A stretch of 64,000 bases of DNA from a virus, in the IMG/VR virus record IMGVR_UViG_3300037010_002844, positions 64,001 through 128,000 of that record. One strand, 5' to 3'. The notes beneath the pieces are model-generated. The model did not search any database and was not told the origin of the DNA. It saw only the letters and a program-made list of their open reading frames with translations. Shown piece after piece: positions 44,405 through 54,319 of this stretch. How positions within the stretch are numbered: position 1 is the first letter of the stretch; each line of letters starts with the position of its first letter. The translations under genes were made by a program, and so were the position numbers.

Positions 44405-47400
44405 TCACCCGCATTTGCTGTTTCCGCAGTTCATGCAAGTAACGCATCCCTGCTGATAGGCGAGCGACGTCGAGGCACAGATCGGGCAACACTTTTCCTG
44501 CGTTGCCTTGGTCCCATCCACGATGTAGTGCTTGCTCAACGTTCGCGCGATAACCGTCGAGAACGAGAACAGATCGCTGTGCTTGTCCTTGCGGAGCTGC
44601 TCGACGACAAGGTGAACTGGTACTCCATGTCGAAGTGTCATCGACAAGGTTCGAGTGTGCGCTCCGTACAACGGATTGTCGAAGAGGTTGACAATGTCCT
44701 TATAGAGAAGGAAATTGTCGTCCAGGTCGACGCGGAGGTTGTACGTGGACACCCCGTCAGCGTTCTTGCCGTTCTTGATGAGGACGCCCTTCTTGGCCTT
44801 CCTCGGGACTTCAACCTGTTCTGACAGTCCGGCGAACAGCTCGTAAGGCTTGCCGTTCATGAGGCCCACGAAGACCAGGTACTTCTCACCCTTGATCGAA
44901 ACGTGGTGAATGTCACACTCCAGCTCCTTCGGACGCTTCAGAGAGTGAGACTCGGCGATATTCTTGGGTTGGTCCGCCGCTGTCTTCTTCTCGTCCTTGA
45001 TGAGGACGCCATCACGAGAACCATCTCGATAGATGGTGACGCCCTTGCAACCAGTCTCCCAACCGCGCATGTAGATCTGCTTCACCACATCGACCGGCGT
45101 GTCACTCGGAATGTTGGTGGTGTTCGAGATGGAGTGACAGACCCACTTCTGAGCTGCGGCCTGGACGTCGATCTTCTTGACCCAGTCGATGTCATTCGAC
45201 GTGGCACCGAAGTAAGGCGACTTTTCCACGTCGGTCTCACCAGTGACGTCCATCCACTTCTTGAATCCGTGGTGATAGACCGTGTACTCCTGCCACTTGT
45301 CGCCCATGGCGTCAACGAAGTCGACACGAGCATCCAAGTCATTCGGATTGATCTTCTTCCTTCGCTTGTAGCTCAGGAGGAAGGCGGGCTCGCAGCCAGA
45401 TGTAGTCTGGGTCAAGATGGAGACAGAGCCAGCTGGCGCTGTCGTCGTCAAGGCGATGTTGCGACGTCCATAGAGACGATACTGATCACGGAGCTCATGA
45501 TCAGCGTCCATCACTTGTTCAATGAAAGGATGTCCCTCTTCCACCTTGTGGGAAAAAATCGGGAAGGGACCACGATCACGTGCCATCTCAACAGTCGAGC
45601 GGTAGGCACCCAACGCGAGGCCCTTATAGATCTGCTCAGTGACGTTGATAGACTCGTCCGAACCGTACTTGATGTTGAGGTAGGCCAAGGCATCGCCCAA
45701 GGCAGTGATGCCCAAGCCGGTGCGACGACCATTGATTGCAGTGTTGCGGATCTTGGTCCATAGCTCGATTTCGGGCCGCTTCACGTCAGCGGGCTCAGGG
45801 TCATTCTCGATCTTCTGCATGATTCGATCAATGGCCTCGAGCTCCAGGTCGACGAGATCGTCCATCAACTTCTGCGCCTTCTTAACAACATCGTTGAAGC
45901 GCACGAAGTCAAAACTGGCGTGAGGAGTAAATGGATCTCTGACGAAGCGAGCGAGGTTGACGAGAAGCAAACGACATGAATCGTAAGGCGACAGCGTAAT
46001 CTCACCGCATTGTTCGCTAGCGATTATTACGTTTGCTTGATTTTGGAACTGTACAAGCTTTTCGTCACCAACATACATGCACAGTGTGTGCTCTCCGTCG
46101 ACAGTGCCGTTGTACACGTCTTCGACACCCGCGGGTTCAACGCTGATCACGCGGTGATTGTGCAATGCCGCGGCCTCTTTCAGGGCAGACCAGGACGCAA
46201 AACCGTTTTTGGTACCGATTCGTGCCGGCACATCCAAGCGTCGACATTCGGCAACCCACTCTCTTCCCAAGGGCTCTCTACCCAACGTAAACCTAAGTGA
46301 GGTAAAGGCGTCAAGTTGCTGTTTTCGCGTTACTTCTGCACGATCAGCGTGAAGCTTCTTCAGGTTCTCTGCCCGTGCAACGTTCTTATTGGCCTTCCTG
46401 TTTGCGTAGAGGTTGGAACACGAATGTGAGCAGAATGCCTGTTCACGTCGGCAGTACGGCAGCGCGAACATTTCGTTGCACCACTCACACGTCCGGTTGA
46501 CGTACAGCTCACCGTCGATCACATCGACATCATAACCTTCTTCAAGGGCCTGAACGTACGTACGTTGAATCCTCGTGTCGAGTTCTGGTGTTGAGATGTC
46601 GACCTCTCGAGCCGCCCAGCACGACAGGTCGTAGAAGCTTCCCAGCTCGCTGCGACGCCAGGCCGAAAACGACATCGGCAGCGACCGTTGTTTAGCGTAA
46701 GCGTACCACTCGTTCAGTGAAACGCGGCGGCCGAGCGACCGGGTCAACCCCAGCACGTGTTGGCGGATGTCATCATTGGTGACGTTGTCATAGGCACGCG
46801 GATTGTTGGCCCCACCGACGCTCTCGCTCATCTTCGCCGAATATTCAGCAAACTTGCCAGCGACTTTATGAGCAACCCAAAGTTGATCGCCATTCAACAG
46901 CTCGTCGACTCGCTTCCGGGATCCGTCACGCATGATCATCGTGTGGTTTCCGGTGGCCTTAAAAGTGTGACCTCCCTCAATGGTCACCTTGAACACAGGA
47001 ACTCCCTTACCGGTAAGCCTAGGATTCCTCATCAGGCGGATGCCAATTTTTCCTGTGGCCTCCTGGTAACAATAGACCGGCAAGTCCTTGCCTTCGTCAG
47101 CTAGCTGCTTGATGGGCACGTAACCCCTTCCGTCAGCGACGGCGATAAGAGTTTCTCCCGTAATGCACGGGTTGGTGCTCGTCGAGCCGTAACCAAACGC
47201 AGCGTAGGCATCTGCTGGCCCGCGGCGCAGGACAGTGTCCCAGAACAGCAAACCGGGTTCAGCAGATTCCCATGCTGCCTGGATGATCTCATGCCACAGT
47301 TGGCGAGCGTCTACCTGTTCCTCGACGATGTGAGGAACGTCTTTGTCAACTGGAAACCGCAGTTGAACCTGCGTACCCGCCTTAACGGCGTTCATGAACT

Positions 47401-48046
47401 CGTCTGTCAAACGAATCGATATGTTGGCGCCCGTGACCTTCTTCTTGTTCTTCTTGATGTTGATGAAGGTGCGAATCTCCGGGTGGTGCACCGACACTGT
47501 CAACATCAGCGCGCCTCGGCGGCCGCCTTGGGCCACCTCGCGACAGGTATTACTGTAGCGCTCCATGAAGATGCCCAGGCCATCGGTGGTGCGGGCAGCG
47601 TTGGCAGTCTCGATACCCTTCGGGCGAATCGTCGAGATGTCAAAACCCACGCCGCCGCGACGCTTCATGATCTGCGCCTGTTCCTGGTCAGTCTTTAGGA
47701 TGCCGCCATAGGAATCATAAGGGCTCTCGATAACGAAGCAGTTGCTCAACGACTGAAACTGGTACGGATTGCCAACTGCCGACATGGGTGATCCCTGTGG
47801 GACCACGTCCCATGAAGAGAAGAGCTCATAGATCTCTTGCTCTGACATGGCGTTCGGATACCGTGTCTCGATGCGAGCAAACTCCCGCGCCTCGCGCCGG
47901 TGCATGTCGTCAGGGGTAGCCTCGTAAATGTTTCCCTTAAGATCCTGCAGCGCATACTTGCCTGCAAAGACCTCACCCGCCAGCTCATCTCCACGAAAAT
48001 ACTCGATCGACGCATCGCGAACGTGCTGATACGTGAAAGTCCTCAT
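44405..48046 (-). CDS. nrdJ: class II (B12-dependent) ribonucleotide reductase NrdJ, interrupted by an in-frame intein
   Basis: N-terminal RNR fold; ...GYGSTSTNP|[intein]|CGEITLSPYDSCRLLLVNL (RNR NPCGE...CNL active-site motif); C-terminal Zn finger CCPIC...CVTCMNCG typical of NrdJ. Confidence 0.85.
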   Translation of the reverse strand: MRTFTYQHVRDASIEYFRGDELAGEVFAGKYALQDLKGNIYEATPDDMHRREAREFARIETRYPNAMSEQEIYELFSSWDVVPQGSPMSAVGNPYQFQSLSNCFVIESPYDSYGGILKTDQEQAQIMKRRGGVGFDISTIRPKGIETANAARTTDGLGIFMERYSNTCREVAQGGRRGALMLTVSVHHPEIRTFINIKKNKKKVTGANISIRLTDEFMNAVKAGTQVQLRFPVDKDVPHIVEEQVDARQLWHEIIQAAWESAEPGLLFWDTVLRRGPADAYAAFGYGSTSTNPCITGETLIAVADGRGYVPIKQLADEGKDLPVYCYQEATGKIGIRLMRNPRLTGKGVPVFKVTIEGGHTFKATGNHTMIMRDGSRKRVDELLNGDQLWVAHKVAGKFAEYSAKMSESVGGANNPRAYDNVTNDDIRQHVLGLTRSLGRRVSLNEWYAYAKQRSLPMSFSAWRRSELGSFYDLSCWAAREVDISTPELDTRIQRTYVQALEEGYDVDVIDGELYVNRTCEWCNEMFALPYCRREQAFCSHSCSNLYANRKANKNVARAENLKKLHADRAEVTRKQQLDAFTSLRFTLGREPLGREWVAECRRLDVPARIGTKNGFASWSALKEAAALHNHRVISVEPAGVEDVYNGTVDGEHTLCMYVGDEKLVQFQNQANVIIASEQCGEITLSPYDSCRLLLVNLARFVRDPFTPHASFDFVRFNDVVKKAQKLMDDLVDLELEAIDRIMQKIENDPEPADVKRPEIELWTKIRNTAINGRRTGLGITALGDALAYLNIKYGSDESINVTEQIYKGLALGAYRSTVEMARDRGPFPIFSHKVEEGHPFIEQVMDADHELRDQYRLYGRRNIALTTTAPAGSVSILTQTTSGCEPAFLLSYKRRKKINPNDLDARVDFVDAMGDKWQEYTVYHHGFKKWMDVTGETDVEKSPYFGATSNDIDWVKKIDVQAAAQKWVCHSISNTTNIPSDTPVDVVKQIYMRGWETGCKGVTIYRDGSRDGVLIKDEKKTAADQPKNIAESHSLKRPKELECDIHHVSIKGEKYLVFVGLMNGKPYELFAGLSEQVEVPRKAKKGVLIKNGKNADGVSTYNLRVDLDDNFLLYKDIVNLFDNPLYGAHTRTLSMTLRHGVPVHLVVEQLRKDKHSDLFSFSTVIARTLSKHYIVDGTKATQEKCCPICASTSLAYQQGCVTCMNCGNSKCG
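46010..47167 (-). mobile_element. NrdJ intein (386 aa, residues 294-679) inserted before the catalytic Cys; Cys-rich internal insert; C-terminal Gln rather than Asn
   Basis: Starts CITGETLIAVADG (block A), TGNHTMIM (block B), ...VEDVYNGTVDGEHTLCMYVG...VIIASEQ|C (blocks F/G). Internal insert CEWCNEMFALPYCRREQAFCSHSCSNLYANRKANKN. Confidence 0.7.
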
Positions 48047-48128
48047 TCAGTTATTCTCCATGGCATTGAAGATGGTTTTCGCCGGCCAAGCGAAGCAGCC
48101 CATTGAGCAGACATAACTATACCGAGAT

Positions 48129-49592
48129 TCAGCTCAGCCCTGAACTGCCCGAACCTTCGCTCCCTCCGTCGCCAAAGCCGGACTTTTTCATCTTGTCGCC
48201 GAGCAGGGGGTCATTGCGAAGCTCCTTCCACTTCACGCGAAGGGCGCGCTTCACTTCATCCTCGTCTTCCTTGACGGCTGCGTCCAACGAACCGGCGTTG
48301 CCAACGATCTCGAACTTGCTTTTCGAGGTATCGATTTTTACCGAATAGACGAGGCCATCACGGCCCGCACGGTTCTTGGCGACGTAGAGGCGACCAAATC
48401 CCGTAGCCTTCTCGTGAGCGCGTCTCGAGATGCTCAACACCACGTCAGCGACCATCGCCTTGCCATAGGCCTCACTCATGTTGCCAAGGTCAACAATGTC
48501 GCTGTTGGAGCCTTCCTTGTTGGACTGCGATGCGGTCCAGATTGGGATGCTCTTCTCCGCTGAGAAACCGCGAAGTTCCTCGTAGATCAGCTTCAACTCA
48601 TGACGCAGCGAATCGTACTGCCGCGTCGATCGCATGATGTCAGCGTAGTCGATGATGATGAGGCCAGGCCTGAAGCCCTTGACGTCCAACCGCTCGATGT
48701 GATTGCGAAGGGTGTAGATACTGGCCGTGTTGGTCGGGAACTCCTTGATGATGAGGCGACCCAACTTCATGCCTTTGTAGTTGTCGAGGACTTTCTCTTT
48801 GTTGTCAATGACGTGGTTAGAGTCGATGTCACAGAGGTTTGAATCATAGCGGCGGCCGACGGCCGCCTCAGAGAGCTCAAACGTGTAGTGAAGAACGTCG
48901 ACCTGATTGCGCAGTGCGTTGGCGCCCAGGAACGTCAACATGTGGCTCTTGCCCACGCCGGTGGGAGCAACGATGACGCCGATCTCGCCGCTACCCAGGC
49001 CACCGTTGAGAATGTCCTTCTTGTCGAGCTCGTCTAGTCCCGTGGCCACGCAGTTGCGTTGAAGTTGGGTGAAGCGCGCCTCGAAGTCATTAAAGAAATC
49101 ATGGCCCAATTGTGGGGCAGTGCCCACCATCACTGCCTTCTTGATGCCTTCGACAATTGACTCGTATTTCTCGGCCTGCATGTCATCGACCGCACTCTCC
49201 AGCGCGGCCTTGAGGGCCTGCTTGCGACAGAAGTCCAGCGACTTTTCCTTGACGTACTGGAGGTCACCCGGGTCAGGGTTAGCCCGCATACGCTGCAGGT
49301 AGTCGATGATCTGATCACGGAGCACCGTGTCTGTGCCCACCTTCAACTCATCACGGATGATGGTGATGAGTAGTTGCAGGGTCGGAAAGACCTTGTATTT
49401 CTTTGCGTAACCGAAATAACGATCAGCCAAGAAGGCGAGGTACTTCAGTTCTAGATACCCATTGTCAAAAACCTCGAGCATCTGCTCGGCAAACTGCCTG
49501 TCGACCAACAAGGCCTGGACGAACTTCTCCTGAAATGACTTTCCGTACGTTCCGAATGTTGCCTTGGTGGTGATCCTGTCGTCGCTCATCAT
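48129..49592 (-). CDS. dnaB: DnaB-family replicative DNA helicase
   Basis: RecA-like core with Walker A GVIVAPTGVGKSHML; DnaB-type N-terminal domain. Confidence 0.8.
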   Translation of the reverse strand: MMSDDRITTKATFGTYGKSFQEKFVQALLVDRQFAEQMLEVFDNGYLELKYLAFLADRYFGYAKKYKVFPTLQLLITIIRDELKVGTDTVLRDQIIDYLQRMRANPDPGDLQYVKEKSLDFCRKQALKAALESAVDDMQAEKYESIVEGIKKAVMVGTAPQLGHDFFNDFEARFTQLQRNCVATGLDELDKKDILNGGLGSGEIGVIVAPTGVGKSHMLTFLGANALRNQVDVLHYTFELSEAAVGRRYDSNLCDIDSNHVIDNKEKVLDNYKGMKLGRLIIKEFPTNTASIYTLRNHIERLDVKGFRPGLIIIDYADIMRSTRQYDSLRHELKLIYEELRGFSAEKSIPIWTASQSNKEGSNSDIVDLGNMSEAYGKAMVADVVLSISRRAHEKATGFGRLYVAKNRAGRDGLVYSVKIDTSKSKFEIVGNAGSLDAAVKEDEDEVKRALRVKWKELRNDPLLGDKMKKSGFGDGGSEGSGSSGLS

Positions 49593-50566
49593 TCCTCTGA
49601 TTTGTTGCCTAGGTTGTCGATGCCGTTGAACGCGTAGAAGAAACCTTCTGCATCAAAGTCATTGACGCCCTCTTTGATAAGGGCCTTGATCAGCCCCATC
49701 CTATCGATGCGGGGTCTAAATGTACTGATCAGGTGGTCAACCTTCGAAGCCTGGTGCGCTGATAGCATTGAACCATCGAGGAACACCAACTTCCAGTTAC
49801 GCTTGACCTCTTCCTCATGATCAACGATACGTTGATAGAGCACGCTCTCGTCAGCATGAGAGTGACAAAACTTGAGCACGTCCTCGAGCAACACTTCCTC
49901 TTCTAGAGACAAGAAAGGCAGCACGCGAGCGACAGTCTTGAAGCCTAAACCTTTGACGCCCGGAATGTTGTCGCTCGGGTCACCACACAGTGCCTTGGCC
50001 AAGGCGAAGTTGTGAGGCTGCACTCGGAAGTCCTTGACAACGTCTTCCGGGACGATGTAGGTCTTCTTGTGCAAATTGTAGACTCGAGTGTTCTCGTCTA
50101 GCAACTGGTACATGTCCTTGTCGCTGGAAGCGATGACCTTGGGGACAGCCTTGAAGGGACCACGAGCTAGGTAGGCGATGACATCGTCACCCTCACAGTC
50201 CGAAACGTAGATCTGACAAACCGGGCAACACTTCAGCATGCCGAGCAACGCGATGATCTGGTGCTGACGATTCTCTTCTGTGTCTGGGATGTCGTCCTCA
50301 TAGAAGCGGTTTAGCTTCCCGGGTTTTCGGTTGAGCTTGTACTCGGAATAGAGGGCTCGACGCCTCTGTGAGCCTCCGCCCTCCCAAGCGATGTAGACCG
50401 CCGAAGGTCCGATCTCGTTGACGAGACGTTGAAGCGTCTTCAGGAATCCGATGCAACCGCCCATTTGGTAGCCATGGGCGCTCATCGAGGGGTACGCACT
50501 GTAGCTACGTACGAAGAGGTTCATACTATCCACAATAAGGACAGGTCTTTGTACGTTATTTTGCAT
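49589..50566 (-). CDS. 5'-3' exonuclease / flap endonuclease (FEN, T4 RNase H / Pol I 5'-exo family)
   Basis: LIVDSMNLFVR...CGDPSDNIPGVKGLGFKTVARVL (H3TH motif GDxSDNIPGVxGIGxKTA). Confidence 0.8.
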   Translation of the reverse strand: MQNNVQRPVLIVDSMNLFVRSYSAYPSMSAHGYQMGGCIGFLKTLQRLVNEIGPSAVYIAWEGGGSQRRRALYSEYKLNRKPGKLNRFYEDDIPDTEENRQHQIIALLGMLKCCPVCQIYVSDCEGDDVIAYLARGPFKAVPKVIASSDKDMYQLLDENTRVYNLHKKTYIVPEDVVKDFRVQPHNFALAKALCGDPSDNIPGVKGLGFKTVARVLPFLSLEEEVLLEDVLKFCHSHADESVLYQRIVDHEEEVKRNWKLVFLDGSMLSAHQASKVDHLISTFRPRIDRMGLIKALIKEGVNDFDAEGFFYAFNGIDNLGNKSEE

Positions 50567-50600
50567 TTCAATACCGCCTACCCAATACAGGATCTATACC

Positions 50601-51617
50601 ATGCCTACCAAGATCGTCATACCGCCAGAGAACATCAATGAGATGCGTAATTTGTTCTGTTCTGGCGCCAGCATCCCAGAGCTCATGCTAAAGTACGGTC
50701 TCTCACGGAACAAGGTCACTGCTACCCTTCAAAACGCTCTGGGCGAGGAATACACGACATATGCTCAGAAGATCATCGCCGGTTGTGCTGTAAAATCTGC
50801 TGACAAACGGCGTGGGCGCAAACAAAACCGAACTCCGAAGTGGAACGCTAAAATCGCTGATGCAAATCGAGGAAAGAAACGATTAGAAGAGACAAAAGCT
50901 AAGATCAGCGAAGCATCACGCACACGCTTCGAGCGTGGCACCTGGTCGAAAGAAAAACACATTGAGGCTATGAAGAAGGCCGTACAAACCAAGCGTAAGA
51001 ACGGCTACTTTCAGTTTCATTCACAGCGTCATTCTGAGTAGACGAAGGAACACACACCGATGCGTGGTAAGAAAATGTCAGATGAGGCGTGGCAAAAGAT
51101 GCGTAAAGCAAAAACGCTTTTTTGAACTGGGTGGTGAGCCCTCGCACTTAGATCGCATCATTCCTGCACATGAATGTCAAAAACATAGTGAAAATACCAA
51201 GCGCATGTGTGCAAATGGCAAATTTTCATACGGCGACGGTTCTGTAATGCGTAGTAAGCTCGAAAAACGTATCTACGATCAAGCGCTCACCGTCTTTCCA
51301 GACGCTCAACACTCACGTTGGCTCACTGTCAATGACACCACGTACGTCTTCGACATCTTCATCCCATCGATCAAGACGTTCATCGAAGTCAATGGGAACT
51401 ATTGGCACCTTAACTCACGGATCTACGAGGCCACACACACCACGACGCATACCGTGATGTGATGGCTTCAGAGATCTGGGAACGAGACGCTGTAAAACGT
51501 CACGTCGCTGAATCTCAAGGCTATCGTGTCATCAATCTTCCACTGCAGCCTGACGTCCATCCGTCACTGCCTCCCCGTGCTACCGAAGCCGCCCTGTCCG
51601 CGATCAGTCAACGATAG
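50601..51617 (+). pseudogene. Vsr-like/NUMOD3 homing endonuclease broken by one in-frame TAG (51039) and two frameshifts (~51105-51125 at an A5..T6 run; ~51460)
   Basis: Frame 0: MPTKIV...NUMOD3 (LEETKAKISEASR; SKEKHIEAMKKAV)...HSE*TKEHTPMRGKKMSDEAWQKMRKAKTLF*. Frame +1: ...TYVFDIFIPSIKTFIEVNGNYWHLN... (Vsr core). Frame 0 again: MASEIWERDAVKRHVAESQGYRVINL... (Vsr-like C-terminus). Confidence 0.6.
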
Positions 51618-52013
51618 CTCTTCCGAGCCCTCGAAGACCGCCTGAATAACTGGCGCAATCACCAATTGGGCAATCCTGTCGCCTTTTCGAACATAGAAGT
51701 GAGTGTTCGAAGAATTGCGCAGGATGACCTTCACCTCGCCTCGGTAGTCAGAATCAATGGTTCCTGGTGAGTTCAACACGGAGATTCCATGCTTTGCAGC
51801 CAGACCTGACCGCGATCGAACCTGTCCCTCGTACCCAGGCGGAATTTCGAGGAACAATCCCGTCGAGATCAGTGCCTGGCCATGCGCCCTGACTTCCTTG
51901 TCCTCGTCAGCAATGATGTCACAGCCCGCCGCGCCGGCCGTTTGATAGGCCGGCGCATTGGGACCGCGAAACTTGATGGTGACCTTGGTGACGAAGTAGT
52001 CCTTGTCAGTCAT
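51564..52013 (-). CDS. dut: dUTPase (trimeric Dut)
   Basis: AGAAGCDI...SRSGLAAKHGISVLNSPGTIDSDYRGEVKVIL...GDRIAQLVI (Dut motifs 1-5). Start taken at MTDKDYF, 3 nt after the recA stop. Confidence 0.85.
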   Translation of the reverse strand: MTDKDYFVTKVTIKFRGPNAPAYQTAGAAGCDIIADEDKEVRAHGQALISTGLFLEIPPGYEGQVRSRSGLAAKHGISVLNSPGTIDSDYRGEVKVILRNSSNTHFYVRKGDRIAQLVIAPVIQAVFEGSEELSLTDRGQGGFGSTGRQ

Positions 52014-53250
52014 CGCCCACGACCTCATCGTCATCAGAGTCAGGCGTTTCGCCTTCTCCCGCCACCTCGCCACCGTGAACGGTCAATGCTGCGTCAATGA
52101 CCTTGTCGATGAAAGGCTTGAAGACCTCGTCCTTCATCAAATCACCGAAGTCGTCCTTGTAGAACTTCTTCTCGATCAGGACTTCACCCGTCTCAGCATC
52201 GCTGACGAGCAGTTCCTTCCAGGCCTGGGTACCTGAAATCTTGATCTCCACCTTCTTCACGTTCCCCTTGGAGTCCGTGTAATCGGCAAAGACCTTGTTC
52301 TTATCGCACCATGAGCGACACTCATCGAAGATGAAGGTGTGTTCCACAATGCCTTTGCCGAAGTGAATGTCGAACTCACACTTTCGGAAAGGCGCCGCGA
52401 CCTTGTTCTTCTTGATAGAGACGGTCACGTGAATGCCGATGATGTTGCCTGCCTTGTCCTTGATGGGGCTGCCTGAGCCCAATCGAATCCGCAGCGAGGC
52501 GTGGAACGGAATGGCCTTGCCACCCGGGGTCGTCATCGGATCACCGTGCATCACCCCGATCTTTTCGCGGAGCTGGTTGATGCAGATGAACGTCACGTTA
52601 TTCTGACCGATGACGCCAGTGATCTTGCGCATACCCTTGCTGATGACGCGGGCCTGCAGACCGACCGTGTTCTGGTCGTAGTCGCCGTCGAGCTCTGCCT
52701 TCGGCGAGGTGGCAGCGACGGAGTCCCAAATCACGAGGATCGGGATGTTTTTGTCGACGATCTGCTTCGCCTTGTTGATCGTGGACTCCACGATGGCGAA
52801 GACCTCCTCGGTGCAGTGGGTATCGCAATAGACGAATTTCTTCGCCACGTTGATGCCCATGTGCCGCAGCTTATCAAGCGGCGTCGCGTTCTCAGTGTCT
52901 ACGTAAACAACGAGACCGCCCATCGACTGGACGACTGCTGCTGCATGGTATGCAAGGTGTGACTTGCCCGATGAAGGCAGGCCAGAGATCTCGATGATGC
53001 GTCCCTCGGGATAACCGCCCCCGAGAGCATTTCGAATCGCGTAGTTCAGTTGGATCGACCCTGTGTCGATCCACCGCTTAACAACCGTCGGTGCTTCGTC
53101 CTCACTCAGATTGTACGCCACCCGGACGCCGAACTCCTTGTTGAGCGCCTTGATGAGGTCGGAGGTGAGATCATCGATCTCATCCCCCGGCTTCTTCTTA
53201 GACGTCTTCTCGGAATCGACGTTGGGGGCTGCCTTAGCTGCCCTCGCCAT
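52006..53250 (-). CDS. recA: RecA-family recombinase (bacterial-RecA-like)
   Basis: EISGLPSSGKSHLAYH (Walker A); VGLQARVISKGMRKITG; FICINQLREKIGVMHGDPMTTPGGKAIPFHASLRIRL. Near-collinear with bacterial RecA; acidic C-terminal tail. Confidence 0.85.
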   Translation of the reverse strand: MARAAKAAPNVDSEKTSKKKPGDEIDDLTSDLIKALNKEFGVRVAYNLSEDEAPTVVKRWIDTGSIQLNYAIRNALGGGYPEGRIIEISGLPSSGKSHLAYHAAAVVQSMGGLVVYVDTENATPLDKLRHMGINVAKKFVYCDTHCTEEVFAIVESTINKAKQIVDKNIPILVIWDSVAATSPKAELDGDYDQNTVGLQARVISKGMRKITGVIGQNNVTFICINQLREKIGVMHGDPMTTPGGKAIPFHASLRIRLGSGSPIKDKAGNIIGIHVTVSIKKNKVAAPFRKCEFDIHFGKGIVEHTFIFDECRSWCDKNKVFADYTDSKGNVKKVEIKISGTQAWKELLVSDAETGEVLIEKKFYKDDFGDLMKDEVFKPFIDKVIDAALTVHGGEVAGEGETPDSDDDEVVGDD

Positions 53251-53260
53251 GTCGCCTCAC

Positions 53261-54163
53261 TTATTCGTTGTCCATCAACTCGTCGAACGCCTCGTCAAGC
53301 GTCTGCTTCTTCACCGGTGCGGCCGAAGCATCGTCATCATCAACCTTGGGCTTGCGAGGCGAAGCCTTCGCCGGCTTCACTGCCTCAGCCTTGGGAGCCG
53401 CAGGTTCATCATGGGCTTTGGCGCCGCGCACGTCCTTCACCAGCTCGTCGAGCTGGTCCTTAGGAGCGGCAGAACCACGCTGAGTGCCCTCGTCACCCGA
53501 GGAGCTCTCGCCGCCCGAGAGCCAGGTGCTAAGGATCGACTCGATCTCTTCCTTGGACTTCAGGCGATACATGTCATCAAGGTTGGGGACTGCGTCGAGC
53601 CAGGACTGCGCCTGCTTCGAATCATCATGCAGCTTGCTGGCCTTCGGCTTGCAAGAGACGGCGGTGTCCTGGAACTGCTTGCCAGGCGCCTGGGAGATAA
53701 CGACCTTGAGGTCGAACCCTTCGTTCGGGTCCAGGATGTCGCCATAGTCCTCATCGAGGAAAAAACCCAGTAGCTGCTGATAGACGATCTTGCCGAAGCT
53801 CCAAACCATCACGCCCTTGTCTTCCTGACCGCGAACGATGACCGGAGCATAGGCACGCATCTTTGGGAGCAACTTCTTTGCCAAGAGCCTGTCGTCAGGC
53901 TTACCGCTGCTGAAGAGCTTCTTGATCAGATCGTCAATCGGATCGGGCTTGTTGAACTGCTTGGGAGACAGAATGCCGGCGTTGGTGCCGATGTAGTAGA
54001 ACCAACGCTCCATGAACGGATTCTCTGAAGAGTTGTTCTTCCATGGAAGACAACGGATCCTGTACTCACCGACGCCCGGCTTCCAGAGTTGGACCGACGA
54101 CGTCTTCTTCGTGCCATTGAGTTCTGCCATGCGGCGACGAATCGCCTCGAGATCTACTGCCAT
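53261..54163 (-). CDS. T4 gp32-like single-stranded DNA-binding protein
   Basis: N-terminus MAVDLEAIRRRMAELNGTKKTSSVQLWKPGVGEYRIRCLPWKNNSSENPF parallels T4 gp32 (AELAAQMAKLNGNKGFSS...IRFLPSKNDEQAPF); acidic C-terminus DEAFDELMDNE. Confidence 0.6.
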   Translation of the reverse strand: MAVDLEAIRRRMAELNGTKKTSSVQLWKPGVGEYRIRCLPWKNNSSENPFMERWFYYIGTNAGILSPKQFNKPDPIDDLIKKLFSSGKPDDRLLAKKLLPKMRAYAPVIVRGQEDKGVMVWSFGKIVYQQLLGFFLDEDYGDILDPNEGFDLKVVISQAPGKQFQDTAVSCKPKASKLHDDSKQAQSWLDAVPNLDDMYRLKSKEEIESILSTWLSGGESSSGDEGTQRGSAAPKDQLDELVKDVRGAKAHDEPAAPKAEAVKPAKASPRKPKVDDDDASAAPVKKQTLDEAFDELMDNE

Positions 54164-54319
54164 GATTTCCTCTACCTTTTCCGTATTCCATGAATCGACG
54201 GAATGGACCGCACCATGCGGCTCATACCATCTTACAGATCAAGCTTTCACAAGTTCAAGAGACAAAACGTCCTACCATCACAATCGATGTGGTGGCCAGA
54301 TTTCGTCGGTGGAGCGCTG

